The position numbers were made by a program, and so were the translations under genes. A stretch of 64,000 nucleotides of DNA from the human T2T-CHM13v2.0 reference genome, Homo sapiens. The notes beneath the pieces were generated by a model. That model was not told where the DNA came from. It saw only the letters and a list, made by a program, of their open reading frames with translations, and made no database searches. The stretch lies in assembly GCF_009914755.1 (NCBI RefSeq), contig NC_060925.1. One strand, written 5' to 3'. Positions 63,651 to 64,000 of this stretch are shown here, piece by piece (within the stretch, counting starts at the first letter, position 1; every line of letters begins with the position of its first letter).

Positions 63651-64000
63651 CTACCTCCAAAGGCTGCTGTAAGGATGAAGTGAGATAATGTGTGTGAAGA
63701 GTTTAGCACAGCACCTGGTACAGGGTAGGTGTTTTCATCATCACCATCATCATCATCGTCTGGAGGCAGGAGAGTCATTTGAAACAAAGGAATGTAAACA
63801 AGCTTGATGTTATCAACTGATTGTTATTTTCTATTTTCCACTTTACCTAGAATAGTAAAGCATATGGCTAGCAAGCAAAATCAACATTCATAGAAATCAC
63901 ACTATTAAAAATGTGTATTTTTACAGATAAAAATAAATTTATTTTTCTTAAAATATTATGCTTGACAGATTTGACTATGCAAAAAATAAATTTTTCTTTA

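Overview
Primate (very probably human, chr1p36.12) genomic DNA, roughly half Alu. It holds one complete protein-coding gene, the serotonin receptor HTR1D (5-HT1D), on the minus strand. The CDS is intronless (17897->16764, 377 aa). The polyA signal is at 15593-15598 and the 3' splice acceptor at 18680. A non-coding first exon lies in the CpG island at ~40.5-41.5 kb (donor at 40951), giving a ~22.3-kb intron. A second CpG island (~1.2-1.8 kb) has a strong minus-strand donor at 1148 and is probably a 5' non-coding exon of the neighbouring gene (LUZP1, from recall of the locus). The rest is repeats: Alu, MIR, L1, L2, CR1, MaLR/ERVL LTRs, hAT-Charlie elements and a MER11 solo LTR with a 6-bp TSD. 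Almost all other ORFs in the track are Alu- or GC-richness artefacts. I see no new multi-gene system. The most unexpected signal is an orphan fragment of a CDK11 (PITSLRE) kinase exon, with a GTAAGT donor attached, sense-oriented inside HTR1D intron 1 (39523-39593). Other notable signals are a uORF ending 1 nt before the HTR1D ATG, an Alu-derived AATAAA in the 3'UTR, a quasi-palindromic CTCF motif between the two genes, and several rearrangement scars. Repeat subfamily names come from recalled consensus sequences, and repeat boundaries are approximate.
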